A stretch of 64,000 nucleotides of DNA from Eledone cirrhosa. Its lineage: Eukaryota. Positions 40,733-51,720 of the stretch are shown here, in pieces. The position numbers were made by a program, and so were the translations under genes. The notes beneath the pieces are model-generated. The model was not told the DNA's origin and did not search any database. It saw only the letters and a list, made by a program, of their open reading frames with translations. The stretch is taken from contig OZ024743.1 of NCBI GenBank assembly GCA_964016885.1, positions 150,040,001-150,104,000 of the forward strand. The letters run 5' to 3'. How positions within the stretch are numbered: the stretch's first letter is position 1; each line of letters starts with the position of its first letter.

Positions 40733-40783
40733 GGCTTCCTGATGATTTCTTCTGAATGAAACAGTTCTAGTCCTATAGAAGCC
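40733..40783 (+). ncRNA. Hammerhead ribozyme of a second family (one stem III mutation)
   Basis: GGCTTC-CTGATGA-tTTCttctGAAt-GAA ACAG ttctagtc CTaT A-GAAGCC; stem I GGCTTC/GAAGCC. Confidence 0.6.
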
Positions 40784-40831
40784 ATTTCTGGGATAAACAT
40801 ATATATATATATATATATATAACAACAACTG

Positions 40832-40985
40832 CCATCACCATCACTGACACCATCCACCACCACCACCATCACCATCACTGACACCATCCACCACCACCAC
40901 CATCACCATCACTGACACCATCCACCACCACCACCACTATCACCATCACTGACACCATCCACCACCACCACCATCACCATCACCA
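40832..40985. repeat. 34-37 bp minisatellite derived from (CCA)n
   Basis: CTGACACC recurs at 40844, 40878, 40912, 40949. Confidence 0.9.
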
Positions 40986-41025
40986 GCGATCAGGCCTTAA
41001 GAAGAAGAAAACAACTATAATACTA

Positions 41026-41131
41026 AATAACTATTCTGCTCTTGGCACGGGGCAGTGATTGTCCCAGCGCATTGCTGGAACCTTGTTTTGGGCCCGGAGT
41101 GTGGAGGGCCGTTCCTCTATGCTGTAAAGCA
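41026..41131 (-). mobile_element. Internally deleted, GC-shifted SINE family B copy
   Basis: Aligns to 21030-21182 with many A>G and T>C differences. Confidence 0.65.
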
Positions 41132-41182
41132 AACAATTATTATTATTATATAAAAACTGAATTGTAAAAGTCAACAGTTGAC

Positions 41183-41325
41183 ATGTCTTAGCTGTAATAT
41201 AGACATTTAGTTCATGATTAGCTCAGTTTGTATGAATGTACTTTTTACGAATTTGGAATCCAATGGTCTTGTCCACTAGATGCTTTGTTTATTGTTGGCT
41301 TTGTTTTCCGAGTACATTGTTTACA
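41183..41325 (+). repeat. 143-bp exact direct repeat, copy 1
   Basis: Identical to 44945-45087. Confidence 0.95.
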
Positions 41326-41479
41326 GTTGACGGTAATATATGTATGTGTGTGTGTGTGAGTGGCGTGTGTGTGTTTGTATCTGTGAGTGGCGTGTGTGTT
41401 TGTATGCATGAGTGTTGGTGTGTGAGTGAGTGTGTGTGCTGTGAGTGTCAATAAGTGGTGTTTTTTTGTTTTTTTTGTT

Positions 41480-44400
41480 ATGACCATGCTGTAAAATGGA
41501 GGGGTAGAGAGGGCCCATGAGTCCAGTAAGACATCCTCTCTAGTGCTGGTGGCACAAATAAAAGCACCCAGTCCATGCTGTAAAGTGGCACTGGTGTTAG
41601 GAAGGGCATCCAACCAGTGTATCAATGCCAAAACAATTATGAGCGCAGCAACAAATATATAGGAACAACAAAAATATGAAGACGTCGCATCTCAGAGTTG
41701 CAACACTTAATGTTGGCATTCTCACAGGTAGCTCTGGTGAAATAGTTGAGATGCTGGAGAGAAGGCATATGGATGTGTGCTGCGTGCAAGTGGTGAGATG
41801 GAGAGGTGTCTCTGCGAGACTAGTTGCAGGCAAACATCTTAGCTATAAGCTTTTCTGAGTGGGTAAGGATGATGGGTTAGGGGGAGTAGGCATTTTCCTG
41901 GCTGATAGATGTATCAATAAGACAATAGAGGTAGTTCGAGTTAATAAGCAAATAATTAAGCTTAGATTAGTTGTAGGCAGGAGACTACTGACAATCATCT
42001 CTGCCTATGCTCTCCAAGCAGGCCTAGGCAAAGATGAGAAAGACTGCTTTTACGAGCAACTTTTACAAACAACCGCAATGACAGAGGATGGAGACATCGT
42101 TATGCTAGCAGGGGACTTCAATGGTCATGTTGGACAGCTCCAGGATGGTTACACTGGGGTACATGGTGGGCACGGTTACGGCTCAAGAAATGAAGGAGTG
42201 AGACTTCTTGAATTTTGTGATGCAGGTACACTGACTATTTGCAACACTAACTTCCAGAAACCTGCCAACCACCTGATAACCTACAAATCAGGCGAGCACG
42301 TAAGCCAGATTGACTTCTTACTAGTTAGGCAGCGGGACAGGCAGATGGTGTCAAATACCAAGGCATACCCTGGGGAAGAATGTACCCCATAGCATAGGTT
42401 AGTCGTTAGTGATATCTCAGTAAGCAAGAGATGGAATGAGACATACAGGAAGGTGTGGAGAAGAAAGGTCTGGAAGCTAAAAGACCTTTCACTAAAATAC
42501 AAATTTAGGAAAGCCCTTCAAGATGTGTATGACGAAAAAGAAGACGATTTAGAGTCGTATGACATAGATAACAACTGGAATTTTTTACGTGACAACTACT
42601 GCAGGCTACTGATGAAACTTGTGGCTGGAGCAGAGCTCCAACCAGACAGTGAGTGACCCGGTGGTGGAACAGCATAGTAGATAGGGCCATTAGAGACAAA
42701 AGACTAGCACGGAAGGCTTGGAAAAAGGGTGGGAGTAGAGAAGGATATACAGCCGCTAAGAGAGAAGCTAGACGTCAGGTGTACTTAGCACGCAGGGAGG
42801 CTGAAAGTAGGAGGTTTGCCAATGTTCTGAGACAGGAAGATCAGAGGTGTGCGGTGTTCCACATTGCAAGGCAGTGTGTCAATGCAAATCAGGATGTTGT
42901 TGGAGATAAATGTGTCCGGAATGATGCCGGTGTACTTAGTGTCACGAATGATCAGCAAAAGGAGGCCTGGAAATGTCATTATGAGAGACTGATGAATGTG
43001 GAGAACGAATGGGGGAGAGATAAATTACCCTCAGTAGATCCGACAGAGGGACCAGCTATTGAGATTGACGAATATAGGGTCCAAGAGTCAACTAAGGAAA
43101 TGAAAAATGGTAAGGCTGCTGGACCGTCGGGGATAGTTGCTGAGATGCTGAAGGCATCAGGGGACATAGGCACTAAACTGATTGCACGCATCATCAATCA
43201 GGCTATATATGGTGGTGTCATACCCAAAGACTGGTGCAGCAGTATTCTCATAAATTGCTACAAAGGTAAAGGGGATGCTCTGGAGAGGAGCAATTATAGG
43301 GATATAAAACTGATGGATCAGGTTATGAAAGTGGCAGAAAGGATATTAGCACAACTAATTAGAGAAAGGGTCAAACTAGATGAGATGCAGTTTGGTTTTG
43401 TGCCTGGGAAAAGTACAACAGATGCCCTCTTCTTGGTGAGACAATTACAAGAGAGGTTCTTAGAGAAGAATAAGCCACTATACCTAGCCTTTGTTGACCT
43501 AGAGAAGGCTTTTGATAGGGTACCCTGATCTGTCATCTGGTGGTCCCTAAGGAAACTAGGTGTTGAGGAATGGCTTGTGAGGACAGTGCAAACTTTGTAC
43601 AGAGGTGCTGTCAGTAAAGTCAAAGTAGGAATGGAGTTTAGTGAGGAATTCCAGATACAAGTAGGAGTACATCAAGGTTCGGTCCTCAGCCTGCTCTTGT
43701 TCATTATAGTCCTCCAAGCCATAACAGAGGAGTTTAAGACTTCTCTCTGCTGATGATCTGGTTCTTATAGCAGAATCAGTAGAGGAGCTATGGAAACAGC
43801 AGTTGGAAGCAAGAGGACTGAGAGTGAACCTAGCTAAGACAAAAGTGTTGATGAGTAGAAAAGAGGACAAAACTCTGATTCCGTCAGTTCGATATGCAGA
43901 AAAGGAACTGGCATAAATTCTATAAAATGCACACAATGCAGATCCTGGGTACACAAGAGATGTAGTGGGATAGCAGGCAAACTAACAGGTAGGGAGAAAT
44001 ACGTATGCAGTAGATGTACAGGGAAATTAGACAGTAGAAGTCGCATTGATAGACACATTTTTCAAATGCAGGCGGGTGCTATAGAAGTGGTGGATAGCTT
44101 CCGATACCTAGGAGATCAGATTAGCATGTTACAAGGCCATAGTATCTAGAATAAGGACGGGTTGGAAGAAGTTTAGGGAGCTTCTTCCTCTGCTGATGAA
44201 GAAGGGTTTCTCCCTGCGTACGAAATGCCGGTTATATGATGCCTGCGTGAGGAGCGCGATGCTGCATGGTAGTGAGACATGGGCAGCAACTGCAAAGGAT
44301 ATGCAACGGCTGGAGAGAAATGAGGCAAGCATGCTCCATTGGATGTGCAATGTGAATGTGTGTGAACGACCCAGCATGGATGTGTTGAGAGAGAAACTCT

Positions 44401-44691
44401 CTGAGAGGGATAGAATGTAGTGTGCGAGAGAGGAGACTGCGGTGGTATGGACATGTGATGCGCATGGAGGATGACCGATGGGTGAAGAAGTGCCAGGAAA
44501 TGCCAGTTGAAGGAAGACATGGTAAAAGGTAGACCACGAAAAATATGGGCGGAGGTGGTGAGAACAGACCTCAGATCGCTGAAGCTCACGGTGGAGATGA
44601 CGAAGGACCGTGACAAGTGGAGAGATGCTGTGCTGAACAAGACCCATCCCACTCTTGCAAGCAGGGAAAAGCGGACGTAAAATGATGATGA
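41480..44691 (+). mobile_element. Near full-length RTE-clade LINE (single ORF: APE endonuclease, RT, PHD-like Zn finger), inactivated
   Basis: ATG 41676 RVATLNVG; IISAYA, AGDFNGHVG, QIDFLL (APE); KAAGPSGI, QFGFVPGKSTTDA, FVDLEKAFDRVP, GVHQGSVLS, SADDL (RT); stops at 41856, 42390, 43526 plus frameshifts and deletions; (TGA)n tail. Confidence 0.95.
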
Positions 44692-44944
44692 TATATATAC
44701 ATACATACACACACATATATATATATACACATACATATATACACACACACAGGGTGGAGCAAGGCCTATTACATAATGGGGTTGCAGTCACTCCATGTAA
44801 TGATGGATATTTAATGTCTATTCTTATACAGAAACTGCGTAATTTGATGGTTTCAGCTTAAAAAAGTCCATCTCATCCATACTCATTTTAGAGCGGTTTA
44901 GGGGCTGGATATATGGAGGATGTCTGATGTAGGGCTTTTGGGGG

Positions 44945-45087
44945 ATGTCTTAGCTGTAATATAGACATTTAGTTCATGATTAGCTCAGTTTGTATGAATG
45001 TACTTTTTACGAATTTGGAATCCAATGGTCTTGTCCACTAGATGCTTTGTTTATTGTTGGCTTTGTTTTCCGAGTACATTGTTTACA
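44945..45087 (+). repeat. 143-bp exact direct repeat, copy 2
   Basis: Identical to 41183-41325. Confidence 0.95.
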
Positions 45088-45424
45088 TGTATGTGCTACC
45101 TATGGTTTAAAAGTCCCTCGTCCATTATACAGTGGTAACCATGACTGGACCCCCAAAACCCTTGGTAGCACATACATGTTAAGTGTATGAAACTTTGTTT
45201 ACATTAAATAAGCTCTCTTCCAACAGATCAAGCACTATTTTCCTTGAACTTTCATTTACAAATTTCTACCAACGAATATATATATATATATATATGGAAA
45301 GTTATATTTAAATTGTTGTGTTACAACTAGTAAATATTTATAACTGATATAAAAGCACTCGACAAATATTTGGAGTATATTTACAATATTAAATAAATGG
45401 AAACTATATTTATAAAACCATATT

Positions 45425-45490
45425 TATTTCATTATATATATTTCAGGGATAACATATTAACAATATGCTATGCCTTCCTCAGACAAAATA
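45425..45490 (-). ncRNA. Mirror copy of the hammerhead on the left arm (complete)
   Basis: Exact reverse complement of 45626-45691. Confidence 0.8.
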
Positions 45491-45625
45491 CAATATAAGC
45501 AGTTTTATAGATAAATAGATTCGACATACCGTAACAACATCTACTTGCATTTGAGAAGGTTGATTGTTACGGTAGATGTTGTTACGGTATGTCGAATCTA
45601 TTTATCTATAAAACTGCTTATATTG

Positions 45626-45691
45626 TATTTTGTCTGAGGAAGGCATAGCATATTGTTAATATGTTATCCCTGAAATATATATAATGAAATA
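45626..45691 (+). ncRNA. Type I hammerhead ribozyme
   Basis: Stem I TATTTTGT/ATGAAATA (two G-U); CTGAGGA 45634-45640; stem II AGGcATAGCATATT-gtt-AATATGTTATcCCT; GAAA 45672-45675; stem III ATATATAT; cleavage predicted after 45683. Confidence 0.8.
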
Positions 45692-45728
45692 AATATGGTT
45701 TTATAAATATAGTTTCCATTTATTTAAT

Positions 45729-45775
<47 letters not shown>

Positions 45776-47987
45776 TTGTCTGAAAGAAAGAAAAAGACTG
45801 GGTAGTGTATTCAATTTATTCCCTCCTGGTTCAATACCACCATTTGGACCTTGGGCATCTTCAGATGTCTAATCTGTTACAATTAGTTAGGCAAGGTCTC
45901 TGATTTACAGATAACTCCCCAATCCCACCCATTATTAGAGACTGAAAAGATACAGGATCATGGGCACTGTCCTTCCTTTATTGACTGAATGGTAAAAAGA
46001 AAAAATCTCATTATTGATTTGTTTTGACTTAATTGATACCTATGAACTATTTTGGGTTTCCAGTCTAAATGATAATAGATTCTACCATTGTTCCAAAATA
46101 TTTAGTCTATTAAGTAATAAGCTGTTCCACTAAAATCTGCATAATATTTGTGAAATTGCAATTCAATTACAGACCCTTTCTTATTGAGAAAGTTTGACAA
46201 ACCTTTTCATTGTATCTTGTTTGGTACCACGGTACAAACTGTACTGTAGTAGATTATATACTTTGCTTTCCTTGACCTATTTAATTAATTATTTCCTACT
46301 ACCCAATGAAATATAGATAGTTTAATGTATCAAGCTCTATCTATGTTTCTTGAATTGTTGGAGTAGAGGTATAAGGAAAGGGCTCAGTATACTAGGAGTT
46401 CCAGAAGGATGAAATTCTGGATGGGGGAAGAAGGAATAAAGAAGTGTTTACTGCCATTTCTGGAGCAGTGAAACACAGCATGAGTGAGATTATTGAGGTA
46501 GGTGTATTAAGTTGATGAAGTAGGTACCACTTCCTGACACAATTGGGGTTGTTTCTCGTAAAAAGAAAACGTTTTTTTCTTTTCTTTCTGTATTGTTAGA
46601 AATATCTTAAGAATGCTATTTTGAATACAGCAATTTACATCATATTTTGTTTCTTTTTCTTGATGATGCTACATTCCTTCAATGAAAAACAAGATTTTTT
46701 TCTTATGTCAGTCTCTTTATGCTGTTATAAAACTGTGTTTATAAATTGGTGTCACAAATTGAATTTGAAATCTAGTCAACTGCTGTATTAAAAAGACTAG
46801 TGAAAAAAAACAAGAATACACAAAATCAATCTACAGTTATGTTAGGTTTAAAGTTAGGTCTCTGTTGTCATAATACCAGCTAAGGTCTTTGCTAATGATC
46901 TTGGATTTAGGCGATGGTTTTGATGGTTGGAAAAGGATATCATTACCTACTCTAACTGGAATACAGCTGTGAGAAAGAAAGGCTGTAAATATAAACACGC
47001 ACACATACACATGGGAATGAATGTGTAAACATAATTGAAAGCTTGCACACATCTGAGTGAATATGTATACAAATGCAAACACACACATATATAATTTCAT
47101 ACATTAATATGTGTATGTATATGCATGTGCAAATACATAATTACTTAATATGCATGCATGTTTTTGTTAGTGTGTACATGTTGAAAATTTTGTACACACA
47201 CATCGCAGTTGTTTGTTATGAAGCGAATTTACCGACATGTGGTCTTTTTTCTATTCTTCCTTTGAAGTAATCTTTTTTTTTGCCTCCACCCTTTTATCTT
47301 AGTTTACATTTCAACTATCTATTGATCTTCTTCAACTGTTCAGACTCTAAATCGACATTCCATATTATTTTTCCCTCTTTGACACCCTCTGAATTCTTGG
47401 TATAAGGTCGTATCCTCTTTCATTTTTTTTTTACATTTATATAAGAAAGAACTCGCTGCTGAGGTGAGGAGACACTGCTGGAGGTGGCTAAAAATACATG
47501 TGATATTGTGTATAAAATGGAAGTGTATCAATCAGAAAAACACCACCAACAGCTTATATTTTCTCTAACTTAATTTATTCCTTATTCCGATTGCTGTTAC
47601 TAAATCCCATTTGTTTATTGAAAGGATTGTAAAATTTGCTTTTGTATAACTTTTTCTTAAATATTACCCTGCACTAACACACACACACACACAGATGACT
47701 ACACTTACACAAATTTCTATTTTAATGATACTCCAGCAATCTCAAATCCATTAATAGTTGGTGGTATTTTTATTTTATTTTTATTGTTTTCATATAAAAA
47801 CACTATTTAGTTATCTTCTTACTTCAGTTACCTTGTTCTTATTTAAGCAACTTCAAAATCTAAATCGATTTAACATCTGTACTCAACAGATCATCAAATA
47901 TAAGCAATGTAAGACCTGATTTGTTCTCAGAGGGTGAACCATATTGAATTTACTCATACTTATGCCGCGCACACACACACATACACG

Positions 47988-48062
<75 letters not shown>

Positions 48063-48542
48063 TATATATATAGAGTTATAAACTCAAACAGTCTTTTACA
48101 ATTAAATAGCTCAAAGAAAGAAGTATTTCTGAGCCGTGAAATACAAGTTAATATAAATTAATATAAATTAATCTAGCTAACTTGGTCATTTACAATACAA
48201 ACACTTATATGATTGTATTAGTGTTTATCATATATATTAATTTGTATTAACTTGTATATATATATAGAGAGAGAGAGAGAGAATAATAATAAGGATTTGA
48301 AGATAATTTTTTTTATATATTTACATGTGTACAATGAAAAGAAATATAGGTAGGTTTTCAGAAATAGTTGTGATTATTTAAACTGGTTTCACTATGAATA
48401 GTTTCATTTTGGTTTGTGTTAATGTTGGATATATTTTGTTCCATCACAGGTTTCTATATGCTGTGTTGAGTTTTATACTCCATGTACAGTTTGACCACAT
48501 GGTAGACATAACACTTCTTTTGCATTGAATATTGTAAATGTT

Positions 48543-48850
48543 CATCATCATCATTTAATGTCTATTTCAAGCTAGCATGGGTTAGACGGATTGTCCTATT
48601 TGATGCAAGTTGGGTCAGATGACCATGTCTTGCTCATACAGAACTGTTTCTAGCTTGGTTTCTATGGCTGGATGCTCTTCCTAATGCCAGCCACATTTAC
48701 AGAGTGTGCTGGGTGGTTTTTGTTGTGAGACCTACACAAACACATTAAAGTGGGGGCTGGGTGCTTTTTGTCATGACACCTACACAACCACTTTACACTG
48801 TGGGTTGTGTGCTTTTTGTTGTGATACCAACACGTCCACTTTACAGTGTG
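48543..48850 (-). mobile_element. Non-autonomous RTE-derived element related to 4302-4600
   Basis: GCTAGCATGGGTTAGACGG...TGACCATG.CTTGCTCATACAG...GCTGGATGC.CTTCCTAA; tandem GTGCTTTTTG subrepeats. Confidence 0.75.
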
Positions 48851-48936
48851 GGAGAAAGCATAGGTGGCATGGGAGAAGGGTTCATTTATACAAAAATCAT
48901 TAGGTGCACCTTCAAATCTTTATTATTATTTTCCAT

Positions 48937-49124
48937 GTGGATTGGCAGTATCGGTAGAGAGTCGGACGCCATGCTTTCCAGCATAGTTACGTCCCTTTAC
49001 GGTCTGAGTTCAAATCCCATCGAGGTTAACTTTGCCTTTCATCCTTACGAGGTTGATAAAATAAAGTACCAGTAATGTACTGAGTATTTGCTGGCCTTGT
49101 GCCAAAAGTAGAAACAATTATTAT
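48937..49124 (+). mobile_element. SINE family B
   Basis: Collinear with 21680-21869. Confidence 0.9.
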
Positions 49125-49128
49125 TTTC

Positions 49129-49467
49129 CATATGGCTTAGTGGTTAGAGCATTGGCCTTGCAATCGAAAGGTTGTGAGTTCAATTCTCAGACCGGGTGAT
49201 GTGTTGTTTCCTTGAGCAAGACACTTTATTTCACATTGCTCCACTTTACTAAGCTGTAGAAATGAGATGATAAGGACTGGGGTCCCTATCATTCCACTGC
49301 AAAGTGGTCGTGGAGGTGCCACAGCAAAAAAGCACCCAGCACTCACTGTAAATGAGGTTGGTGTTAGGAAGGGCATCCAGCTGTAGAAATCAAGCCAGAA
49401 TCAGTTCCCGTCCCACCCTTGCAAGCAGGGAAAAGCGGACGTAAAATGAAATGATGATGAAATGATG
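49129..49467 (+). mobile_element. SINE family A, inserted right after the SINE B tail
   Basis: Near-identical to 10692-11020. Confidence 0.9.
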
Positions 49468-49484
49468 TATATATATAAAATTAA

Positions 49485-49850
49485 GCAACCATGCTTCATT
49501 GGATGTGCAGTATTAATTTGAAAGAAAGGCAGAGTCTAGATGAGCAGAAGGAGACACTGGTTTTAAAAGGAATCTGAAGTGGTGTGCAAGAGAGAAGACT
49601 ATGTTGGCATGGAAATGTGATGCACATGGATTATGATCAATGGGTGAAAAATTCCCAGAAAATACCAGTGGTATGAAGCCAGGTAGACCAAGGACAACCT
49701 GGACAGTGGTGGTGAGAGCTGATCTCAAATTGCTGTTACTCACAGAGGATATGATAAAGGAATGCCACAAGTGGAGCAACAGTCTGCTAATAAGAACCCA
49801 TCCAGCCCATACGAACATGGAAAACAGACATAAAACGGTGATGATGATGA
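49485..49850 (+). mobile_element. Decayed RTE 3' fragment
   Basis: 'GRPRTTWTVVVRADLKLL' and CCCATCCAGCCCATAC...ATGGAAAACAGACATAAAACGG(TGA)n. Confidence 0.8.
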
Positions 49851-50319
49851 TAGTATGTCTCCTCCATCAGCAAGCTGTTGTGTAGCCTGCAACCCACCCT
49901 GATCCCACCAACAAGCACTCTAATGTTGTTGTGTGGTAGTGCTTATGCCTTGACAAAAAGCATCCCATTCGCCCTGCAATGTGGTCAGCATCATGGAAAG
50001 GCATCCAGCCATTTAAAAAAAGGCCATAAAAAAAACAGGCCAGAAATGATTTGCATGGTCACCTGCTCTGTCTAGCCTCATAACAAGGCAGCCTGTTTAA
50101 AACATGCAAGCATGGAAAATAGATGCGTGATGACGATGTTGATAATAATGACGATGATATATATTAATGACTTAGAGTATGCAAGAAGGAATAGGAAGAA
50201 GTGTCAGATGTGTCATTCAGCATGATTGTGAAATTGTAATAAGGAGAATCACAGAGGAATGATGAAAACATATGTACAAGGGGAGTGTATGTGTGTCTGT
50301 GTGCATTTGTGTGTTAATG

Positions 50320-50324
<5 letters not shown>

Positions 50325-50404
<80 letters not shown>

Positions 50405-50459
50405 TGGTGTTGGAATTAGTATCAAAATAAATATGGGTGTGTATATGTGCAAATACATG

Positions 50460-50490
<31 letters not shown>

Positions 50491-50780
50491 ATGTGTCTAT
50501 ATATATATATATATGTGTGTGTGTATGCGTGCGTGAATGTATATGTGTATACTTATATGTATATATATATATATGTATATATGCATATGTATATATATAT
50601 GTATATATATATATATGTATATATGCATATGTATATATATAAGTGTACGTATATATATATATATATATGTATACATATGTATATATATATATATATGTGT
50701 GTGTGTGTATATATACATATGTATATATATATATGCGTGTGTGTGTGTGCGTGTGTGTATGTATGTATATATAAATATAT
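50325..50780. repeat. Compound (CT)/(TA)/(GA)/(TG) microsatellite field
   Basis: Directly visible. Confidence 0.95.
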
Positions 50781-51509
50781 TTTTACTTATGTATTTCATT
50801 ATTGTTTATACTGAGGAGTTGTTTATATTTTCTATCCATATTCTTATTCAACCAATACACATGTAATTTATTGTCCTCTGTTGTGAACCTTCCCCGAAAA
50901 TTGAGTTTAACCCCTGAACACTTGAAATTGCTGTCATCCATAACAAGATTAGTATGTAGCCTTATTCTAAAGTAAGTGAGGTTAATCAATAAAACACTGG
51001 TCAGCAAGATGCAATTGGCAGTTGAATATGCAGAAGTCAGTAGTATTTTGATTGGAAGTAATATTGGTCAGCTGTAAAATAGGGAGCTAGCATTGACCAA
51101 CCAGCCCAAAGGCCAGCTAGCTGTAGCATCCTTATATGTTGTTGCAGAAGTTATATAGCAAGCAATAAAGAATGCTTAAAGGAGGGTAATAGAGAAGTGG
51201 GTGGGATTTGCTGGACTGGAATAATGTTGTTCAGTGGAGAATTGGCCAGATTTCATGTTGAACTAATTTTGCCAGCCCACTGTTAACATTTGGAGCCAAT
51301 AACTGTTTACATTATGTACGTGGTAGGCTTACTGTGAAAATATTCAGATACAGAATTTTAAATAGCTGTTTAATTTAATGATATAATGGCATACTATAGG
51401 AATGTTTCTTTTTTTTTTCTTCTGTTCATTCTCTTATGTATTTATATCATTCAATGCTACCATCGATTTGTTTATAATACCTTAAAGGAAGACTATTACA
51501 ATATGTTAT

Positions 51510-51720
51510 AATGGTTTCTAACATAGGCACGAGGCCAGCAATTTAGGGGAAGGGAAAATATTGATCCCACTACTTATCTGGTATATTTTTCTATCAACTT
51601 AAATAGATAAAAGGTGAAGTTGACCTCGATAGAATTTGAAATTAGAACATAGAAAGTCGTAATTAAATGCCATAAAGCATTTTGTCTGATTCTCTACCGA
51701 TGCTACCAATTCACCACAAA
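51510..51720 (-). mobile_element. SINE family B-related, older copy
   Basis: AGGCACGAGGCCAGCAATT...AAAGGTGAAGTTGACCTCG...ATTTGAA...CTACCGAT. Confidence 0.7.

Larger units (their letters stand above)
45295..45734. mobile_element. Fold-back hammerhead-ribozyme element, copy 2
   Basis: Perfect 163-bp inverted arms 45382-45544 / 45572-45734, 27-nt spacer; flanked by (TA)n on both sides; outer ~60 bp of arms nearly identical to copy 1. Confidence 0.8.

Noticed and set aside
40832-40985. Regular 34-37 bp repeats as a CRISPR-like array
   Set aside because: No unique spacers, derived from (CCA)n, eukaryotic context
41183-45087. 143-bp repeat as the target-site duplication of the RTE
   Set aside because: Copies are ~150 and ~250 bp away from the LINE ends, and the left copy has its own flanking direct repeat
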